Assembly: GCA_963778655.1 (NCBI GenBank)
Contig: CAVZVA010000010.1
Coordinates: 576,001 to 640,000, forward strand
Origin: an uncultured delta proteobacterium
Lineage (GTDB): Bacteria > Myxococcota_A > Polyangia > Polyangiales > JAFGIB01
DNA length: 64,000 nt
Direction of reading: 5' to 3'
The position numbers and the translations under genes were made by a program. The notes under the pieces are model-generated. The model saw only the letters and a program-made list of their open reading frames with translations, did no database searches and was not told the origin of the DNA. Below, piece by piece: positions 60,418 through 64,000 of the stretch; the stretch's first letter is position 1, and every line of letters begins with the position of its first letter.

Positions 60418-63400
60418 TCAGGCGGCAGGGGCCCGGCGCAGGTCGAGTGTCAGAGGCAACTCGTCGCTGCGCTCCTGTGGCGGGAGCGGATGGCGGCCGG
60501 GGGTGTGTCCGAAGGGGATGTAGCGCGTGCGGCGGCGGGCTTCGGCTTCCAAGGCGTTGTGGGGGAAGGTCTCGTAAGCGAGCCCACCGGGATGGGCCAC
60601 GTAATACGTGCAGCCGCCGAGCGCGCGCTCCGACCAGGCGTCCAGCAAGTCGAACACCAGCGGCGCGTGCACGCCGATCGTCGGGTGCAGCGCGGTCGGC
60701 GGCTGCCAAGCGCGATAGCGCACCCCGGCAACGTACTCGCCGCTGGTGCCGGTCGGGTGCAGGGGAACTCGGCGGCCGTTGCACGCCACCACGTGGCGCG
60801 GATCGGTCATGTTGCTGACTTTGACCTGCACGCGCTCGACCGAGGAGTCCACGTAGCGCACGGTGCCGGCCTGCGCGTGCTGCTCGCCAAGCACGTGCCA
60901 GGGCTCGAGCGCCTGGCGCAGCTCCAGCTCGAGCCCCGAGACCGCGACCCGCCCGAGCAGCGGAAAGTGAAACTCGATGTGCGGCTCGAACCAGCGGCGG
61001 TCGAAGGCGAAGCCCGCACGGCCGAGATCATCGAGCACGTCGTAGAAATCGCTGACCAGGAATTCCGGCAGCATGAAGCGGTCGAGCAGGGTGGTGCCCC
61101 AGCGTACGATCTCGCGCTGGTACGGCTCACGCCAGAACCACGCCAGCAAGCCTCGCACCAGCAGCTGCGCCGCGCAGCTCATCTTCGAGTCGGGCGGCAT
61201 CTCGAACGCGCGCATCTCGATCAGGCCCTGGCGGCCCGCCGCGCTGTCCGGGCTGTACAGCTTGTCGATGCACAGCTCGGTGCGGTGGGTGTTGCCGGTA
61301 ACGTCGACCAGGAGGTGGCGGAACACCCGATCGACCAGCCACGGCGGCGCGTGATCCGCTCCCGCTTGCAGGGCCCCGAAGGCGATGTCGAGCTCGTACA
61401 GGCTGTCGTGGCGCGCCTCGTCGATGCGCGGTGCCTGGCTGGTCGGCCCGATGAACAGGCCGGAGAACAGGTACGACAGCGAGGGGTGATTGAGCCAGTA
61501 GCCGAGCATGCTGCGCAGCAGGTCGGGGCGGCGCAGAAACGGGCTGTCGGGCGCGGTCGGACCGCCCAGCGTGATGTGGTTGCCGCCGCCAGTGCCCACG
61601 TGGCGGCCGTCGAGCATGAACTTCTCGCTGGCCAGCCGGCAGGCCTTGGCCTCCTCGTAGAGGATCGTGGTGGTGTCCACGAGCTCGGACCACGACGCCG
61701 CAGGGTGGATGTTGACCTCGATCACGCCCGGGTCGGGCGTGACCTGGATGCGCTGCACGCGCGGATCGCCCGGCGGGTGATAGCCCTCGATGCGCACCGG
61801 CAGCGCCAGCTGCGTGGCCGTGTCCTCGATCGCAGAGATCAGGTCGAGGTACTCCTCGAGCAGCTCCAGCGGCGGCATGAACACGTGCAGCATCCCGTTG
61901 CGCGGCTCCACGCACAGCGCGGTGCGCGCGAGCCCGCCGGCCGACTGCCCGGAGCGCGGCCGCGCAAGCCCGTACGCGCCCGCACCCACCGCGGCCGCCT
62001 CGCGCGGCGATAGCGGGGCCGGCGCTCGCCGCGAGAGCTGCGCCCGCACAGGCAGCGGGGGCCGCGCCGCCATCGGATCGCGCTCGAACACCGGCACGCG
62101 GTCGCCCTCCGCCTGCCAGGGCAGCGAATCGAGCGGCAGCCGCCAGCCCATCGGCGAATCGCCCGGAATCAGATACATGCGCTCGTCGCGCAGGAACCAC
62201 GGGCCGCTCTGCCATGACAGCTGGCCGTGCTCCCAGCTGGGCTGCAGCGGCAGCGCGTAACCGATCACCTGGCTGAGCCCGTTGCTGAAGATGCGGCGCA
62301 GCCGCTCCCGCTCCAGCGGGTCTTCCAGCCTGGACTCCAAGGGATCGACGTTGACCGGCAGCCGCCGCTCGCGCCACAGGTAGTAGAACGTGTCCTCGAA
62401 GCCGGGCTGGATATGGCTGCCCCCGACGCCCAGCCGCTCGGCCAGCGCGCGCACGAAGCCGTCGGCGTCGGGCGCGCCGTGGTTGCGCACGCCGGGCTGC
62501 GCGAACAGCTCGGGCTCGCGCCAGATCGGCTCGCGATCCTTGCGGAAATAGCACGAGTACGCGAAGCGCGGCAGCTGCTCGCCCGGGTACCACTTGCCCT
62601 GGCCGTGGTGCAGCAGGCCGCCCGGCGCGAAGCGGCGCTGCAGCCGCCGAACCAGCTGGTCGGCGTACTTCTCCTTGGTCGGCCCGACCGCGGTGGTGTT
62701 CCACTCGTCGCCGTCCGGATCGTCGATCGCGACGAAGGTGGGCTCGCCGCCCATCGTCAGCCGCATGTCCTGCGCGGCCAGCACGGCATCCACCTGCTGC
62801 CCGCAGGAGCGCAGCGCCTGCCACTGCGCCTCGTCGTAGGGCTTGGTCGGACGCGGGCGGTCCTCGATGCGGGTGACCCGCATCGTGACCTCGAAGTGCT
62901 CCTCGACCTCGTCCTGCTCGTGCCCCTTGTCCCAAGCATATGAGCCGCTGATCGGCGCGGCGGTGTCGGGCTCGGCCGTGCACGCCAGCGGAATGTGCCC
63001 TTCGCCGCACAACAGGCCGCTGGTCGCGTCGAGCCCGATCCAGCCGGCGCCGGGCAGGTACACCTCGGCCCAGGCGTGCAGATCGGTGCAGTCGTGCTCG
63101 ACCCCGGGCGGGCCGTCGATCGCGAGCTGGTCGGCCCTGAGCTGGATCGAGTAACCGGAGACGAAGCGGGCGGCAAAGCCGGTGTTGCGCAGCACGTGCA
63201 CCAGCAGCCAGGCGAAGTCGCGGCACGAGCCGTGGCCGCGCTGCAGCGACTCCTCGGGCGAGAACACCCCCGGCTCCATGCGGATGTCGTAGCGCAGCGA
63301 GCGCTGGATCAGCTGGTTGATGTCGACCAGCACGTCGACGCTGCGGCGACCGGGCCGCACCATGTCATCGGCGACCCGACGCACCAGCTGCATCAGCCGC

Positions 63401-63777
63401 GGCCCGCTCTGGCTCAGCTCGAGGTAGGGGCGCAGCTCGCGCGCGACCGCGCCCTCGTAGCGGAACGGAACCTTCTCGGCGTGCTCCTCGACGAAGAAGT
63501 CGAACGGGTTGATGGTCGCCAGATCGGCGATCAGCTCGACCTCGACGCTGAGCTCGCGCGCCAGCGGCTTGGGAAAGACCAGCCGGGCCTGCCAGTTGCC
63601 GAACGGGTCCTGCTGCCAGTTCAGCCAGTGGTCCTCGGGCGTGATGCGCAGCGAGTACGCGCTGATCGGCGTGCGGGTGTGCGGCGCGGGCCGCAACCGA
63701 ACGACGTGCGGTGCCAGCCGCACCAGCCGGTCGTAACGGTAGCGAGAGAGGTGATGGAGAGCGACGCGGATGGCCAT
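60418..63777 (-). CDS. Transglutaminase plus putative amidoligase (DUF2126)
   Basis: [33 protein letters not shown]. Confidence 0.92.
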   Translation of the reverse strand: MAIRVALHHLSRYRYDRLVRLAPHVVRLRPAPHTRTPISAYSLRITPEDHWLNWQQDPFGNWQARLVFPKPLARELSVEVELIADLATINPFDFFVEEHAEKVPFRYEGAVARELRPYLELSQSGPRLMQLVRRVADDMVRPGRRSVDVLVDINQLIQRSLRYDIRMEPGVFSPEESLQRGHGSCRDFAWLLVHVLRNTGFAARFVSGYSIQLRADQLAIDGPPGVEHDCTDLHAWAEVYLPGAGWIGLDATSGLLCGEGHIPLACTAEPDTAAPISGSYAWDKGHEQDEVEEHFEVTMRVTRIEDRPRPTKPYDEAQWQALRSCGQQVDAVLAAQDMRLTMGGEPTFVAIDDPDGDEWNTTAVGPTKEKYADQLVRRLQRRFAPGGLLHHGQGKWYPGEQLPRFAYSCYFRKDREPIWREPELFAQPGVRNHGAPDADGFVRALAERLGVGGSHIQPGFEDTFYYLWRERRLPVNVDPLESRLEDPLERERLRRIFSNGLSQVIGYALPLQPSWEHGQLSWQSGPWFLRDERMYLIPGDSPMGWRLPLDSLPWQAEGDRVPVFERDPMAARPPLPVRAQLSRRAPAPLSPREAAAVGAGAYGLARPRSGQSAGGLARTALCVEPRNGMLHVFMPPLELLEEYLDLISAIEDTATQLALPVRIEGYHPPGDPRVQRIQVTPDPGVIEVNIHPAASWSELVDTTTILYEEAKACRLASEKFMLDGRHVGTGGGNHITLGGPTAPDSPFLRRPDLLRSMLGYWLNHPSLSYLFSGLFIGPTSQAPRIDEARHDSLYELDIAFGALQAGADHAPPWLVDRVFRHLLVDVTGNTHRTELCIDKLYSPDSAAGRQGLIEMRAFEMPPDSKMSCAAQLLVRGLLAWFWREPYQREIVRWGTTLLDRFMLPEFLVSDFYDVLDDLGRAGFAFDRRWFEPHIEFHFPLLGRVAVSGLELELRQALEPWHVLGEQHAQAGTVRYVDSSVERVQVKVSNMTDPRHVVACNGRRVPLHPTGTSGEYVAGVRYRAWQPPTALHPTIGVHAPLVFDLLDAWSERALGGCTYYVAHPGGLAYETFPHNALEAEARRRTRYIPFGHTPGRHPLPPQERSDELPLTLDLRRAPAA

Positions 63778-63923
63778 AGGCGGCCTTTAGCAGTTAGTCG
63801 TGCGCGTGTATCGGGATTGTTTCGGACCGGTCAAAACCGCGAAAATTCTCGGTCTTCCCGCTGTTTCTGCCCCTTTCACGGTGCTTAGATGGCAAGGTGT
63901 TACACCTGGTTTCCTCGCGGTCC

Positions 63924-64000
63924 ATGGGCGTTTTCGACTCCTACCAAGCGCTGGCTGGCAGCTTTGACGAGATGTTCGCCGCGGACAGCTCGGTGCGCCC
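63924..64000 (+). CDS. Probable second circularly permuted ATP-grasp protein (5' end only)
   Basis: MGVFDSYQ...FDEMF...VRP resembles YDELK...LRPHW of 57805-60402. Confidence 0.6.
   Translation, partial: MGVFDSYQALAGSFDEMFAADSSVR

Overview
High-GC DNA, probably Myxococcota (MYXO-CTERM and AgmX-type proteins). Bases 1 to about 20.4 kb are a chromosomal integron read on the minus strand. A 5'-truncated intI points into the array, attI lies at about 19455, and 13 unusually long attC sites (157-173 bp when uninterrupted) separate about 15 cassettes. Seven cassettes are toxin-antitoxin-like pairs, one lipoprotein cassette is exactly duplicated, and the first cassette is a wHTH plus HEPN-like pair. 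The array is invaded by two copies of an IS110/IS1111-family element inserted at the same AG dinucleotide of attC. Its 3' non-coding end contains readable target and donor guide segments of a bridge/seek RNA. A fragment of a second IS110 sits in an attC core, and an IS21 is nested inside a broken IS66. The remaining 44 kb is backbone: mscS, lemA-TPM-TPM, aguAB, GH15-nhaA, a complete N-type ATPase operon downstream of a sigma54-promoter RND/two-component cluster, and an ATP-grasp/alpha-E/transglutaminase locus. All family calls are from motif recognition, not database searches.
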